Of a DNA stretch of 64,000 bases, positions 1 to 10,051 are shown piece after piece; positions within the stretch are counted from its first letter, which is position 1, and the number at the start of each line of letters is the position of its first letter. The stretch lies in the IMG/VR virus record IMGVR_UViG_3300028833_000124, positions 19,650-83,649 of that record; one strand, given 5' to 3'. The translations under genes were made by a program, and so were the position numbers. Origin of the DNA: a virus (lineage: Duplodnaviria > Caudoviricetes). The notes under the pieces are model-generated. The model worked only from the letters and a program-made list of their open reading frames with translations, did not search any database and was not told the origin of the DNA.

Positions 1-919
1 CTTCAAAAGCATCTCTGATAAGTTGGTCTACATTTCTTCTTGAATGTAACAAACAATCGTTTGGTCTGTTATCAGGATTTTTTGCAAAAGCAGTTGAAAC
101 TGCAAGACAGATTTTTGGATGAACACTTTTTCCAGGTTTTTCATCCCTGTTGAAAATGATACCATTATTTTGGATTTCATCTTCTTCATCATCAGTTCTT
201 TCAGTGAAAGTTCCTGCAGGAATAGAACGGTATTCTTCATATCCTGGTTCTTCGCTGAAGTGAGTTGTGAATATTCTTGCACAAGTAATACCGAATTCAT
301 CAAATGGTCCAACTAATCCTACTCTTGGGTCTTGAACATAATTGGTTTGTTCGGCATCGTTTAATGCTGCTAATTCAGTCATGGTCATTCCATCAACAGA
401 ATAATAAAGAATTCTTGGGTTTCCTTTTTTAGCATCTTCTTTAATTTTAGCAAGACCAGATTCAATGATTGGAATGATTTTTGCAGCAGTATCAGTTTTT
501 GTGAAACCAACTAATACTTCAGCTTGTGCATCTCTTTTGATTTTTGCAGTTGCGAATGCAGCAGTCCATGCAGCATTATTTAATTCCGGTGTTTGGCCGG
601 AAGTTTTTCCAGTACCTAAGTCAATAACATACACATAAGGTACGGTAAGATCATCAGATTCTTTTTTAATATTTTCTTCAAAGAATCCTTTTAAAAATTT
701 AAGAACTGGATTTGTAGCAGGGTCAGTACCAATACCACCATTAGCAACACTTTTTGCAGCTGCAGTATAATTTTTAAATTTTAAAATACCAGTTGCTGGA
801 GTGGTGTTTCCAGTAATACCTATGATAACTGGGATTTCCGCACCATCTCCATTTGGTGTTGGATTGGACTCAGTTTCAAAGTATTTGATTTTTGGAGTTT
901 CACTTAAATCAATTGACAT
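1..919 (-). CDS. Tail sheath protein (contractile tail), N-terminal ~306 aa, runs off the left edge; missing from the ORF track
   Basis: Manual translation from ATG at 919: MSIDLSETPKIKYFETESNPTPNGDGAEIPVIIGITG...IIFNRDEK...KICLAVSTAF...LLHSRRNVDQLIRDAFE, open to the edge. Position after neck genes and the C-terminal pattern resemble sheath proteins. Confidence 0.65.
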   Translation of the reverse strand, partial: MSIDLSETPKIKYFETESNPTPNGDGAEIPVIIGITGNTTPATGILKFKNYTAAAKSVANGGIGTDPATNPVLKFLKGFFEENIKKESDDLTVPYVYVIDLGTGKTSGQTPELNNAAWTAAFATAKIKRDAQAEVLVGFTKTDTAAKIIPIIESGLAKIKEDAKKGNPRILYYSVDGMTMTELAALNDAEQTNYVQDPRVGLVGPFDEFGITCARIFTTHFSEEPGYEEYRSIPAGTFTERTDDEEDEIQNNGIIFNRDEKPGKSVHPKICLAVSTAFAKNPDNRPNDCLLHSRRNVDQLIRDAFE

Positions 920-924
920 ATTTT

Positions 925-1176
925 CTATTCTCCTAAAAAGTTTTTAACATGTTTGTTAAGTTCATCCATGGTTATGGATGGAGTAATATCTTCAATACCA
1001 TATTCAGACTCTTCTTGTCTGTATTGGGCCAATAAACCTGCTGCACTTAAAGCACCAATGATAATGTAATTTTTTTCAGGGTGTTTTTGAACTGCTTCGT
1101 AAAGAATTAACTTTTCCGCAGTTTTTTTAGCAGGAGTATTGTTTTCAGATTTTTTATCAGATTTTTTAGTTGTCAT
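925..1176 (-). CDS. Hypothetical virion/neck-region protein
   Basis: 83-aa ORF tightly packed between the tail-completion and sheath genes. Confidence 0.6.
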   Translation of the reverse strand: MTTKKSDKKSENNTPAKKTAEKLILYEAVQKHPEKNYIIIGALSAAGLLAQYRQEESEYGIEDITPSITMDELNKHVKNFLGE

Positions 1177-1787
1177 AATAAATCCTCATTAAAATTAATT
1201 TCATTGAATAATCTTCCACCAATCCGGTTAAATTGGTAATATTCAAGTTCTATTTTGAAAATTGTCCGGAGTATGGATTCAGATTCATCTAATTCATCTA
1301 AATCAGTCATACTATTGACATGGAATGTTCTTTGTGGAATGTTATTAGTTTCAAAAAAAGAAGTGTAATTTGAAATGTTTGGACATTGGCCTTTGTTTGC
1401 CCGTCCGTTTTGTGAGTCTAACGCTTCACATGCATCATCGAGTTTACTACAATGATTATCCTCAAAACTGAAATTAGAACAAGTAGTATAATGGTTTGCT
1501 TCTAATTGATTAAAACGAGTAATTATAGCATTTATAAGACTTGTTCTTTCTTCTTCTGTATTGCACCAAATGTTAATCCAAACTTCAGCAGAATATAATC
1601 TGCGCATATATTGAACATTATCAATTTCAACAGATTGTCTTCTGATGAAAGATTCATCGGCTAATTGCACATTAACACATGGTGTTTGGTCAGATGGAAT
1701 GTACCTACTGCCGGTAAAAATAAATCGGTTATGTATTGGTAAATGATTGTATAATAAATCGATAAATGCTTTTTCAAGCACATGCAT
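1173..1787 (-). CDS. Putative tail completion/terminator protein
   Basis: Syntenic position after the gp10-like gene; 'PCVNVQ...VWINIWCNTEEERTSLINAI' pattern typical of tail terminators. Confidence 0.5.
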   Translation of the reverse strand: MHVLEKAFIDLLYNHLPIHNRFIFTGSRYIPSDQTPCVNVQLADESFIRRQSVEIDNVQYMRRLYSAEVWINIWCNTEEERTSLINAIITRFNQLEANHYTTCSNFSFEDNHCSKLDDACEALDSQNGRANKGQCPNISNYTSFFETNNIPQRTFHVNSMTDLDELDESESILRTIFKIELEYYQFNRIGGRLFNEINFNEDLL

Positions 1788-1789
1788 AA

Positions 1790-2212
1790 TTATTCAAAAA
1801 CTCCCAAAGAGCTTAATTCTTCATGAACATACTCTTTTAGTTTTGGAGCAATTTTTCTTGCAGTACGAGTAACAAAAGGATTAGCAGGCATCTTTGAAGT
1901 TCCATATTGTACAAATTGCCAGTATAATGTCCCATTACTTCTTGCATTACTCCTTAATTCACCAGAACATTTATTCTTCTTATATTTATGAATACTTCTT
2001 TGCAAATTTCCAGTTGGCTTGTAAGGTGGAACCGACCTTGACATACTATGCCCTGGTCTTGGAACTTCACGTTTGATAATGTTCTCCGCTTCAGATAATG
2101 TATGATCTATTCCACGGTCAATTGCATCTTCAAACTTCGCACCACTTTTCAAACCTAACTTTTTATAATAAGAATCAGAGAAATCTACGTTCACAGTAAA
2201 AAGATTACCCAT
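1790..2212 (-). CDS. HK97 gp10-like tail component
   Basis: Motifs 'TGNLQRSI' and 'YWQFVQYGTSKMPANPFV' characteristic of the HK97-gp10 family. Confidence 0.8.
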   Translation of the reverse strand: MGNLFTVNVDFSDSYYKKLGLKSGAKFEDAIDRGIDHTLSEAENIIKREVPRPGHSMSRSVPPYKPTGNLQRSIHKYKKNKCSGELRSNARSNGTLYWQFVQYGTSKMPANPFVTRTARKIAPKLKEYVHEELSSLGVFE

Positions 2213-2214
2213 AC

Positions 2215-2559
2215 TTAGATTCCCCCTCTTGAATTATTTCTTAATTTTTGCAACAGTATTGTTTTATGAGGTAACAAACCATGATTCCAATTTTCCGGAG
2301 TTCCTATTACTTCATAAGATTCCCCATTAACTTTAACTAAATCAGTATCATGGATTTCTGTGTTTTCATCAACAATTAACTTATAAGTGTCAGTTAAAAT
2401 TTTCCCAAATTCTTTTAAACTTGATGAATCGGATTGACGTTGAAAATTCCCTTTCACAGTTTCACGAAGTTCATAACCGGTTTTAGTACCATGGTAATCG
2501 TAATCATCTTCAGTATAAGAATATAATTCGATTTCTTCATTTGGAAAAAACACAGGCAT
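2215..2559 (-). CDS. Head-closure (SPP1 gp16-like) protein
   Basis: 114 aa, beta-rich, 'IHDTDLVKVNGESYEVIG' pattern; lies between adaptor and gp10-like genes. Confidence 0.6.
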   Translation of the reverse strand: MPVFFPNEEIELYSYTEDDYDYHGTKTGYELRETVKGNFQRQSDSSSLKEFGKILTDTYKLIVDENTEIHDTDLVKVNGESYEVIGTPENWNHGLLPHKTILLQKLRNNSRGGI

Positions 2560-2562
2560 AAT

Positions 2563-3138
2563 TTACACCAACCATCGAACACGTGGGGAATTATAAGATG
2601 CTTTTAAACCTTCAATTCGAGTGTAGATACGATTTCCAAGACTGTTGCTTGTATCGTAACTAACTGATTGGTCTGCTTCATGAATACTTGATATCTCACC
2701 AGCATTTTGATTTAAACTAGTGAAACCATACAAGACCATATCAGAAATTAATGGATTGAGTTTAGTTTTAATATCCTCATCAGATAATGCGTGAATATAT
2801 TCAATAACCAACATACCATTATGGAAGTTATTAAGATAAAAGATACCAGCAGTTTCATCAAGGACATAATCCACATCTTCTGTTAATTCAACACCATCAA
2901 TTTTAAAAGAAGTAACTTCTTGTATAGGGTACCAATCTGATTCAAATAAATCACCATGGAAATCTTTTTTGATTTGCTTACGATTTACAGGGTTAACTGG
3001 TAATCCAGTCAGGGCAGTAATTTCAGCAACTTTCAAATCAATCAAAGATTTTAAAACACTTTCATCTTCTAAATCAGAATCAGATACCCCTTGTAATTTT
3101 AAAGTGTTTTTTAGTTCTTCAGGAGTAATTAAACTCAA
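2563..3138 (-). CDS. Head-tail adaptor (gp6/gp15-like); start probably TTG ~3138 rather than 3219
   Basis: 'ITPEELKNTL...LIDLKVAEITALTG' start typical of adaptors; the track's upstream extension is a poly-A/T intergenic stretch; GGGAGGG SD-like sequence upstream. Confidence 0.6.
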   Translation of the reverse strand: MSLITPEELKNTLKLQGVSDSDLEDESVLKSLIDLKVAEITALTGLPVNPVNRKQIKKDFHGDLFESDWYPIQEVTSFKIDGVELTEDVDYVLDETAGIFYLNNFHNGMLVIEYIHALSDEDIKTKLNPLISDMVLYGFTSLNQNAGEISSIHEADQSVSYDTSNSLGNRIYTRIEGLKASYNSPRVRWLV

Positions 3139-3224
3139 TTCATTGATGATAATCCCTCCCTTTAAAAAAAATATAAAATTTATAAAAAAAAATAATAAAA
3201 AGGATTTAAAATATTTCATAAACC

Positions 3225-3362
3225 CTAGTCTTTTCCATCATTAGATGAAGCAGGAGTAGTAGATGTACTGTCTCCTTTGATTTGGTCCATGAGATAATTA
3301 AATCTATCTTTTTTACTATGTTTGCATTTTTCAGGCAAGTCTGCCCAGTAATCTTTTGCCAT
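3225..3362 (-). CDS. Small hypothetical protein (45 aa) after the capsid gene; not in the ORF track
   Basis: MAKDYWADLPEKCKHSKKDRFNYLMDQIKGDSTSTTPASSNDGKD*, preceded by GAGG SD. Confidence 0.55.
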   Translation of the reverse strand: MAKDYWADLPEKCKHSKKDRFNYLMDQIKGDSTSTTPASSNDGKD

Positions 3363-3386
3363 AAATATCAACTTCCTCAGTTATAT

Positions 3387-4469
3387 TTAAGCATTGGATT
3401 TTGCATTTTTAGTGTATGGTACAACAATAGTATCCATATCTCTGTGGATTTTAGCATCAGCGTTAGCAACAACCGCAATTTTGTAACCAAGGATGTTAAT
3501 ATCAAATTGGGATAAAATTTCTGCATCGTGTAACATACCGAAGCATAAGTTGGATGGATCACCAATAAATGCATATCTTAAATCAGTTACGTTGGAACCA
3601 TTACCTGCTGGTAAACCAGTAGTAGTGTTAATTTTCATGGTATCCCAACCGTGTCTGGTTTCTCTGAGAATATTGTCTTGTTTAACTTCCATTCCCATAA
3701 TCATTGGGATTTTACCATCCTTAAGGATAGCGTCACCGAAGTCAGATTCACGGGTTGCAATGTCTCTTACAACTTTGGTGTACATTTGAGGAGGTACAAC
3801 AATGTTAGCGTTTTTCATGTTACCATCTTGGTCAACATATAATTCAGCTGCATCGAGTAATCCTTCTAATGCATTATTACTGTATACTAATGGTGCCATA
3901 CCATTTGCATCAGTAGTGTTGTCAGCTTGAATAGCTTTAGCTTGAGCAAGAATACCATTGTTAGTTGCAAAACCAGTTGCTTCACCGGTTTGAGTATTTA
4001 CACTAGAATCAGAGTAAATACCAAATCTTTCAAGAGCAGGACCAGATTGTTCACCAACGTAACTGGTGAAGATAGTTAAGAACTCTTCTTTAGCAATGTT
4101 TTCTAATAAGAAGTTTCTTGAAATACTGGTCATTGCTTGTAAAGGTTTAGCAATTAATTGTTTCCTACCGAATTTAGGTGCAGTTTCATTTTGAGTTAAT
4201 GGAGTTGAAGCACCGGTGGAAGGGTCTCTTTGTGCATCGAAGTCTAAGTCTACATCTAAATCATCAATGTCTCTGATTAAAGCAGACATGGTTAATACAC
4301 GAGATTGTTTTAATAATTCTGGTTCGTGTTGTACTGGGGTGAAGAAGTCTTCTTCAAATTCTGGTTCAGCCCATGCAGGGTTTAATTTACCTTCTGCATC
4401 GAATGCTCCATCAGCAAATTTCACATTAAAGTTTTGTTGTCCTAAGATTTTTTCTTCTATAGATATCAT
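3387..4469 (-). CDS. Major capsid protein (HK97 fold)
   Basis: 360 aa directly after the prohead protease; 'ISRNFLLENI', 'IVVPPQMY', 'YAFIGDPSNL' fit HK97-fold MCP patterns. Confidence 0.8.
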   Translation of the reverse strand: MISIEEKILGQQNFNVKFADGAFDAEGKLNPAWAEPEFEEDFFTPVQHEPELLKQSRVLTMSALIRDIDDLDVDLDFDAQRDPSTGASTPLTQNETAPKFGRKQLIAKPLQAMTSISRNFLLENIAKEEFLTIFTSYVGEQSGPALERFGIYSDSSVNTQTGEATGFATNNGILAQAKAIQADNTTDANGMAPLVYSNNALEGLLDAAELYVDQDGNMKNANIVVPPQMYTKVVRDIATRESDFGDAILKDGKIPMIMGMEVKQDNILRETRHGWDTMKINTTTGLPAGNGSNVTDLRYAFIGDPSNLCFGMLHDAEILSQFDINILGYKIAVVANADAKIHRDMDTIVVPYTKNAKSNA

Positions 4470-4513
4470 AAAAATTATCTCCTAAGAGTTTTAGTTTAAA
4501 AGTCGAAAAGTGT

Positions 4514-4529
4514 GTTACAAATTTGTAAC
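4514..4529. promoter_or_regulatory. Perfect 16-bp palindrome GTTACAAATTTGTAAC between the protease and capsid genes
   Basis: Self-complementary sequence; its half-site TTGTAAC recurs in other intergenic regions. Confidence 0.4.
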
Positions 4530-4560
4530 GGGTTAAAAAAAAAATATTTAAATTATAATT

Positions 4561-5775
4561 TTATACGTAATCAAGGTTTCTACCGAATTCATCACGTCTA
4601 ATTTTATTTTTAGACATGGATTTTTCTTCTAATTTACGTGAAGTTTTCCTAGATTCTTTTTTGAATTTGTCAAATTTGGATTTGATTGATTTTTCATTCA
4701 TTTGTTTGACAATCTCATCGTGAACCATTTGTGGGATTGATTTTTCTTCAATACAATCTTCATCGGATTTTTCATCTTCTGGTGATTCAGTTTCATCTTC
4801 TTTTTCTAAATCTCCAGTTTCTGGTTCACTTATTCCTGCTTCAGATTTAACTTCTTCTGTTTCTTCTTCAGGTTCAATAACTTCAGGTTCTTCAGTAGAA
4901 GCATCTTCTTCTTTTGGTTCGTCTTCAGGAATTTCTTTTTCATCAACAGTATCTTGAATAGTATTACTTGCTTTTAATTCTGCAATTACACGGTCTGCAA
5001 CTTCTTGTGCAGCTTTACTTGCAGAAGCATCAGAAATACTTTCAAGCTCTGGACGAAGATTGTCAATGATACGAGGTTCTAATTCAGCAACAACCTCATT
5101 CATTAAATCTTTCACTGCATTTGTTTGAGCCTCAGATAAACCAGCACCAACATCATCATTATTATTAGCTTTTTCTTCTACTGGTTCTTCTGGAATTTCT
5201 TCTTCAATTTTTTCATTGTCTTTCTTTTCCATAGTTTCACCATCATCGTTTGTTATCGCGTGATAACATGCACCAGTCAAACAGTTGCTGGCTATCAAAT
5301 TTTGGCTTTTATATTCAACAGTACCGTAGGTATCCCAGTTCATTGGGATGTAGGTTAAGGTAATGTCTTTCAAGTCATAATCAACAATTAACAAGCCTTC
5401 TGGTGTTCTTTGTTTTTTAGGGAATCCGGAAATACTGAAACCGAAGTTCATTCCGATGTCAAGTCTTTCTTTGATTCCTTTTGCATATTCGGATAAGATA
5501 GTTCCTTTAATCCAAAGTTGATTATCTTTTATCCATGCATCAATGACTGCACCAATTCCACCTTCGTAATGTCTATTGTGGTCACGGTATATGTTGATCC
5601 CAATAGCTTGTTTTGCTAATGAGTTTAATACTTCAGGTGATACGATTTCATTAGCATAGTCTTTGTTGGTGGTGGAAGCGACTCCGATAATTGTTAATGT
5701 TCCATCATCGTTTAAGTCATAGGATTTACTTTCAATGGGTAAACCGTAGACACGATATTCCATAGCTTCAGTCAT
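4561..5775 (-). CDS. Prohead maturation protease with acidic scaffold-like C-terminus
   Basis: 'DHNRHYEGGIGAV', 'FGFSISGF', 'DITLTYIPMN' match the caudoviral prohead protease H/S/D-E layout; long E/D/P-rich tail. Confidence 0.8.
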   Translation of the reverse strand: MTEAMEYRVYGLPIESKSYDLNDDGTLTIIGVASTTNKDYANEIVSPEVLNSLAKQAIGINIYRDHNRHYEGGIGAVIDAWIKDNQLWIKGTILSEYAKGIKERLDIGMNFGFSISGFPKKQRTPEGLLIVDYDLKDITLTYIPMNWDTYGTVEYKSQNLIASNCLTGACYHAITNDDGETMEKKDNEKIEEEIPEEPVEEKANNNDDVGAGLSEAQTNAVKDLMNEVVAELEPRIIDNLRPELESISDASASKAAQEVADRVIAELKASNTIQDTVDEKEIPEDEPKEEDASTEEPEVIEPEEETEEVKSEAGISEPETGDLEKEDETESPEDEKSDEDCIEEKSIPQMVHDEIVKQMNEKSIKSKFDKFKKESRKTSRKLEEKSMSKNKIRRDEFGRNLDYV

Positions 5776-5789
5776 TTTGTATCACAATT

Positions 5790-6900
5790 CTAAAATTTTT
5801 ATAGGTTTTTGTTCTTTTCACTGATTGAAAGTGATTTTTATCTTTTAACCTTTATTCTTAATTTTTTTTAGATAGCAAGAGCTAACACGAACCTATTTTG
5901 CTAAAAAAATAATATAAAGAATGAAAAGGTTTAAGATTTGTTAAAGAACATATGATAAATTTTAAATAGTTTTTTTTATAGGTGGAAATAATCCTATTTG
6001 ATTTTAGGATGTGTTTTTGTTTCGATTATTAAAATAGTGAAAAAAGTGAAAAGAGAGTGAAAAAATGAAAAAAACTTTTTTTAATATTTTAATAAGCATT
6101 TTAGAGGATTATTTCAAATTTAGAGTTACCTATAAAAAAAACTACGCAGATGTATATAGAGGAGGTAAAAAAATTACTTTTTCTACCCGAGGCACATATT
6201 TTGTTTGACGCAAAAAGTAAAAGGCTTTGTGCAGAAGCAGAGTTTTTTGTGTTTAGTGAGGGTAGGATAGTTTAGTGACATAACTACCCAGGATTGGTCA
6301 AAGTCGAATAAACCAAAAAAAATATTGGTGATTTTTTTTATGAAGATTCGTAGATATCAGATAAAGCAAACGAAGTTCATTTTTTTTTACTAAACAGCCT
6401 TTTTTTTAGGTGAATAGTTTAGCCACGTGTTCAGGTGGAGTCCTATTAAAGTAGCGAAATGACTTTGATAAAATTTGAAAAAGACCAAATAATATATGGA
6501 CTTGGTCTTTTTCAAGTTGAGGTTTTAAAATAGAAAGTTGTTATATTCGATGAATTTTAAAGGTTTGGAGGATTAAAAGATACATGGATAAAAATCTTTT
6601 TATCCTCCAATGTTTGTTTTTTTAATATACCTTTATTTTGGAGACTTGTATATTAAAATAGTTGTTTTTGACTATTATTTTCAGTTTTTTAAATGACAGA
6701 ATTTAATTTTTTTTTTACACCATTTTTTTTGGGTGATGTGAAGGTTTAAACTTCAGTATTTATCACCATATGATTTTATGTTGGGGGTTTGGTTGTATTG
6801 TAACACTTAAATGTAATAAATATTTTACAATGTATTTGGTCTATTAAAAAAGGCCACAACCTTCACTCAAAAAGCCATGACCTATAATACACTAATGCAA
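5790..6900. other. ~1.1 kb non-coding region rich in long inverted repeats (candidate structured RNA or cis-element)
   Basis: No ORF of 60 aa or more; e.g. ttgaaaaagaccaa/ttggtctttttcaa 14-bp hairpin (~6475-6515), ttggaggat...atcctccaa (~6565-6610), long-range pair gttttttttataggt/acctataaaaaaaac. Confidence 0.45.
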
Positions 6901-6919
6901 TAAACATAAAAAAACAGAA

Positions 6920-7225
6920 TTAAGTAACACTAACCAGAACACCATCCTTATCATAACCCCCACCTTTACCAGGTAAACCTGGAGCAGGAGAAACAGTATA
7001 CCACACAGCCTCATCAGCAGTTTCAGATATCAACAATTCATGAAGATCATCTTCAAAACGATAAAAAGTATCATCCTCAAACCGTTCAGTAGAATAAGAT
7101 TTAAAATCCCCATCAACCTCAATATTCAAAACCGCATCAGATAACTTGAGGAACAAATCAAATTTATTAAGTAAATCTTTGATAAGCATGATATTCACCA
7201 GTTTAGTTAATAATAGATTATGCAT
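6920..7225 (-). CDS. Hypothetical acidic protein; candidate immunity partner of the MuF toxin domain
   Basis: Lies immediately downstream of the MuF-domain gene; start may be the later Met (MLIKDLL). Confidence 0.45.
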   Translation of the reverse strand: MHNLLLTKLVNIMLIKDLLNKFDLFLKLSDAVLNIEVDGDFKSYSTERFEDDTFYRFEDDLHELLISETADEAVWYTVSPAPGLPGKGGGYDKDGVLVSVT

Positions 7226-7243
7226 ATCTTCCTATAAATATTT

Positions 7244-10051
7244 TTAGATATAAGTGAAATCAGTTGGTTTAAGACTTCTCCATTTCGCAACGGCCCAATC
7301 ATAAGTGATTTTATGAAGCTTAATCCACTCATCCCAAGGAACCATCTCATAAACATAAAGACCAACATTTCTTTGCATAGTAGCTTGAGATTTATCAGCT
7401 AAATCATCCATAGCAGCCATGGAACCAGTCTCAGCCCAATTCTCAGAGATATCAATTTTTCTCCAACCATCACCATACCAAGAACAATGCTCAACACGAT
7501 AACCATTATCACTTAACCATTTCTCTTCTTCTTTAACAATATCCTTCCATTCTTTAGTGGAACAAATACCATATTCACGTTTATTTATGGCTTCACGAGC
7601 ATCCCAATATTCACTGCGAGAATACTTTGAAGGGTTCTTAAGAACATCAACATATTTCTTTTTAGTTAAACTAAAATCAAGACAATGACTCATTTCATGA
7701 TACATAGTCTGCCGAACATTACCCCTTTCGGTTTGATTCCTGTTAAATGAATTAGGTAACACTCTAACAACTTTATCATTCCAAGTAGTATAACCTAAAG
7801 TTCTTCTTTTATTTTCATTAACAAAATCAATACCATTAGTTGCGAATTTAAAAATATCCGGAGACTCTTTATACATCTTTATAATCTCTTTCAAATCATA
7901 AGTACATTTGCCAGAGTTAGTATTATCAATGTATTTTTTAGCCCCAGTATTTTTAGTGAAGTAAACATCAAGATTAATCACTACATCATGGTTAATTGTT
8001 TTACCAGTTTTTGAATCAGTGAAAGTTAAGTGATCTGTGAACTTCTGAGTAGGTCGACCTTTACTATCAGTACCACGCTCATAATCCAAATTATAAAATG
8101 CTGCAACATCTTCAGGAGTTTTCAAATTATCATAAGTCAACTCAGATGTTGGTCTTGACTGTTCGGATTTAGGTTGATTATTTGAAGTTTTTCTTTTACG
8201 TGGTTCTTTATAATCTTCACGAATTCCTCTGCGAATTGTAAATCCACGGTCTAACCATTCTTGAGTATTAAATCCTTTAAGAAGAGAATCACCAAAAGTT
8301 TTATTATATAAATCTTTTAATTGTTTCTCATCCATTATACCTTTAGCTTTGGCATCTTGAACTTTCTGTAATGCATCGACTTGTGCGCTTTTGTACACTA
8401 CTTCCATTTCATATTGACCATGCCTTACTGTGTGCAAATCAAGTTTTTCGGTACTGTGAATGTACCATAATTCCTTGTTAGATACAATGATATGTTCTGA
8501 ACCGGACAAGCTTCTGACATGCTTTAAATCAGTTAAGCTAGGGAATGTTTGGTCTTCACTATTTGAGATTGTTCTGATTGTGTTGCATTGTTTATCAACA
8601 TAATAATCTCTGAAGTTAATAACTCCACGTTGGCCTCTGATTTCTTTACCAATTAATTCACCAGTTTCTGGGTTGAACTCATAACCGTATCTGTTTTGGT
8701 TTTTAACCTTTTTAGTTGACCATTTAAGAATCTCTTCAAGTGTAGTTTCATTTAATGGTAAGTCTTTTTTCAAGTCAGATACTTTTTCATCATATTTTGG
8801 TTCCGGTAAAGGTTCAGGTTTTGGCTCCGGTTTAGGTTCTGGTTTTGGAGTTGGTTCTTCTTTCTTAGGTTTAGGTTTTTCCTTTTTAGGTTTAACCGGT
8901 TTAGTTTCACCACCTAAAGCTTTTTTCTTCAACTCTAAAAACTTCTTCTCCAAGAAAGCTAAACGTTTCTGATGCTTTGCAATCTCTTCAGCAGGAGCAT
9001 CAGGATTATCTTTCAACCATTGTCTTTGCCTTGGAATGTTGCGTTTGCAACTATCATATTTCTCCCGTTCAGCAGGACGCAAGTTTTTCATTAACTGTTC
9101 CTTTGTAGGTTCAGGTAAATCTTCTTCCTGTTTGCGAACAGTTACAGATAAAGGAGTTAAATTAATAACTGGAGGATTACTTGGAGGGTCAGTTTTAGTT
9201 TCCCAAACAGTTAAGTAAGTGCATCTGCAATGAGGATGAAACGGAGGGAAACGCCCACCTTTAATTAAACTAACAATACTATGAACCTTTTCCCTTTCAA
9301 GTAATTCCGGAGAAAATACTCTTGGTTCATCTTTATTGAATTTATAAGCATATTCAAGACAGGTAGTGCAAACATGACTATCCTCAGCAGTTAACAGTTT
9401 AACATCAACAAATCCTTCATTTAAATATGATTGCACCATACCAGTATTCTGCATACGGGAGGTTTCTGTTTTCGCAATCATTGTTGCTCTTTGACGAGCA
9501 GTTAATGGTGAACCATCTAATGGAGTAACACCGGCTTTCTGCAATGTCCTTGCAAGATTATAAGGGTTTTCACCAGATATGATTCCTTGCAATATTTTAT
9601 TTTTAACTGTAGCTTGCAGGTCTCCAGTTAAACTTTGTATTAAATGATAATTGTAATCTTTAGCTAAGCGGATAGCTTGAATGTCCGCATCTGTGTAACG
9701 GATAGTTTCACGGATATTCTCATAACCTTTTTGTTTACCATGGTCATATATAGCGTCAAGTAAATCATCAACATCTTCATAACTGTTATCGAATATATCA
9801 TCCCATGCATCTTCTAAAGCATCAAAGATTTCTTTTTCTATTTCTGCATGTTCAAAGAAATAATCTATTGCTTCATCAGATTCTAACCATGCGATTGATT
9901 CTCCAATTTGACTGTCAAGCAGATCATCAATTAACTGATAGTATTTACTGGTATCTTCATCATTGATACTTTTACTATCAAACAATCCCCATAAATCTAA
10001 TTCATCAATTAATAATTGATTTGTGAGAACCCTTTCGTTTACAGTTATCAT
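7244..10051 (-). CDS. Minor head protein (SPP1 gp7/Mu gpF family) with C-terminal zincin-like metallopeptidase domain
   Basis: MuF motifs 'RATMIAKTETSRM', 'CTTC', 'PPFHPHCRC'; PKPE linker; C-terminal 'MYHEMSH...ENWAE' (HExxH plus downstream Glu). Confidence 0.8.
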   Translation of the reverse strand: MITVNERVLTNQLLIDELDLWGLFDSKSINDEDTSKYYQLIDDLLDSQIGESIAWLESDEAIDYFFEHAEIEKEIFDALEDAWDDIFDNSYEDVDDLLDAIYDHGKQKGYENIRETIRYTDADIQAIRLAKDYNYHLIQSLTGDLQATVKNKILQGIISGENPYNLARTLQKAGVTPLDGSPLTARQRATMIAKTETSRMQNTGMVQSYLNEGFVDVKLLTAEDSHVCTTCLEYAYKFNKDEPRVFSPELLEREKVHSIVSLIKGGRFPPFHPHCRCTYLTVWETKTDPPSNPPVINLTPLSVTVRKQEEDLPEPTKEQLMKNLRPAEREKYDSCKRNIPRQRQWLKDNPDAPAEEIAKHQKRLAFLEKKFLELKKKALGGETKPVKPKKEKPKPKKEEPTPKPEPKPEPKPEPLPEPKYDEKVSDLKKDLPLNETTLEEILKWSTKKVKNQNRYGYEFNPETGELIGKEIRGQRGVINFRDYYVDKQCNTIRTISNSEDQTFPSLTDLKHVRSLSGSEHIIVSNKELWYIHSTEKLDLHTVRHGQYEMEVVYKSAQVDALQKVQDAKAKGIMDEKQLKDLYNKTFGDSLLKGFNTQEWLDRGFTIRRGIREDYKEPRKRKTSNNQPKSEQSRPTSELTYDNLKTPEDVAAFYNLDYERGTDSKGRPTQKFTDHLTFTDSKTGKTINHDVVINLDVYFTKNTGAKKYIDNTNSGKCTYDLKEIIKMYKESPDIFKFATNGIDFVNENKRRTLGYTTWNDKVVRVLPNSFNRNQTERGNVRQTMYHEMSHCLDFSLTKKKYVDVLKNPSKYSRSEYWDAREAINKREYGICSTKEWKDIVKEEEKWLSDNGYRVEHCSWYGDGWRKIDISENWAETGSMAAMDDLADKSQATMQRNVGLYVYEMVPWDEWIKLHKITYDWAVAKWRSLKPTDFTYI

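Noticed and set aside
8800-8900. Short tandem repeats (ggttc/ggttt)
   Set aside because: They simply encode the PKPE linker of the MuF protein.
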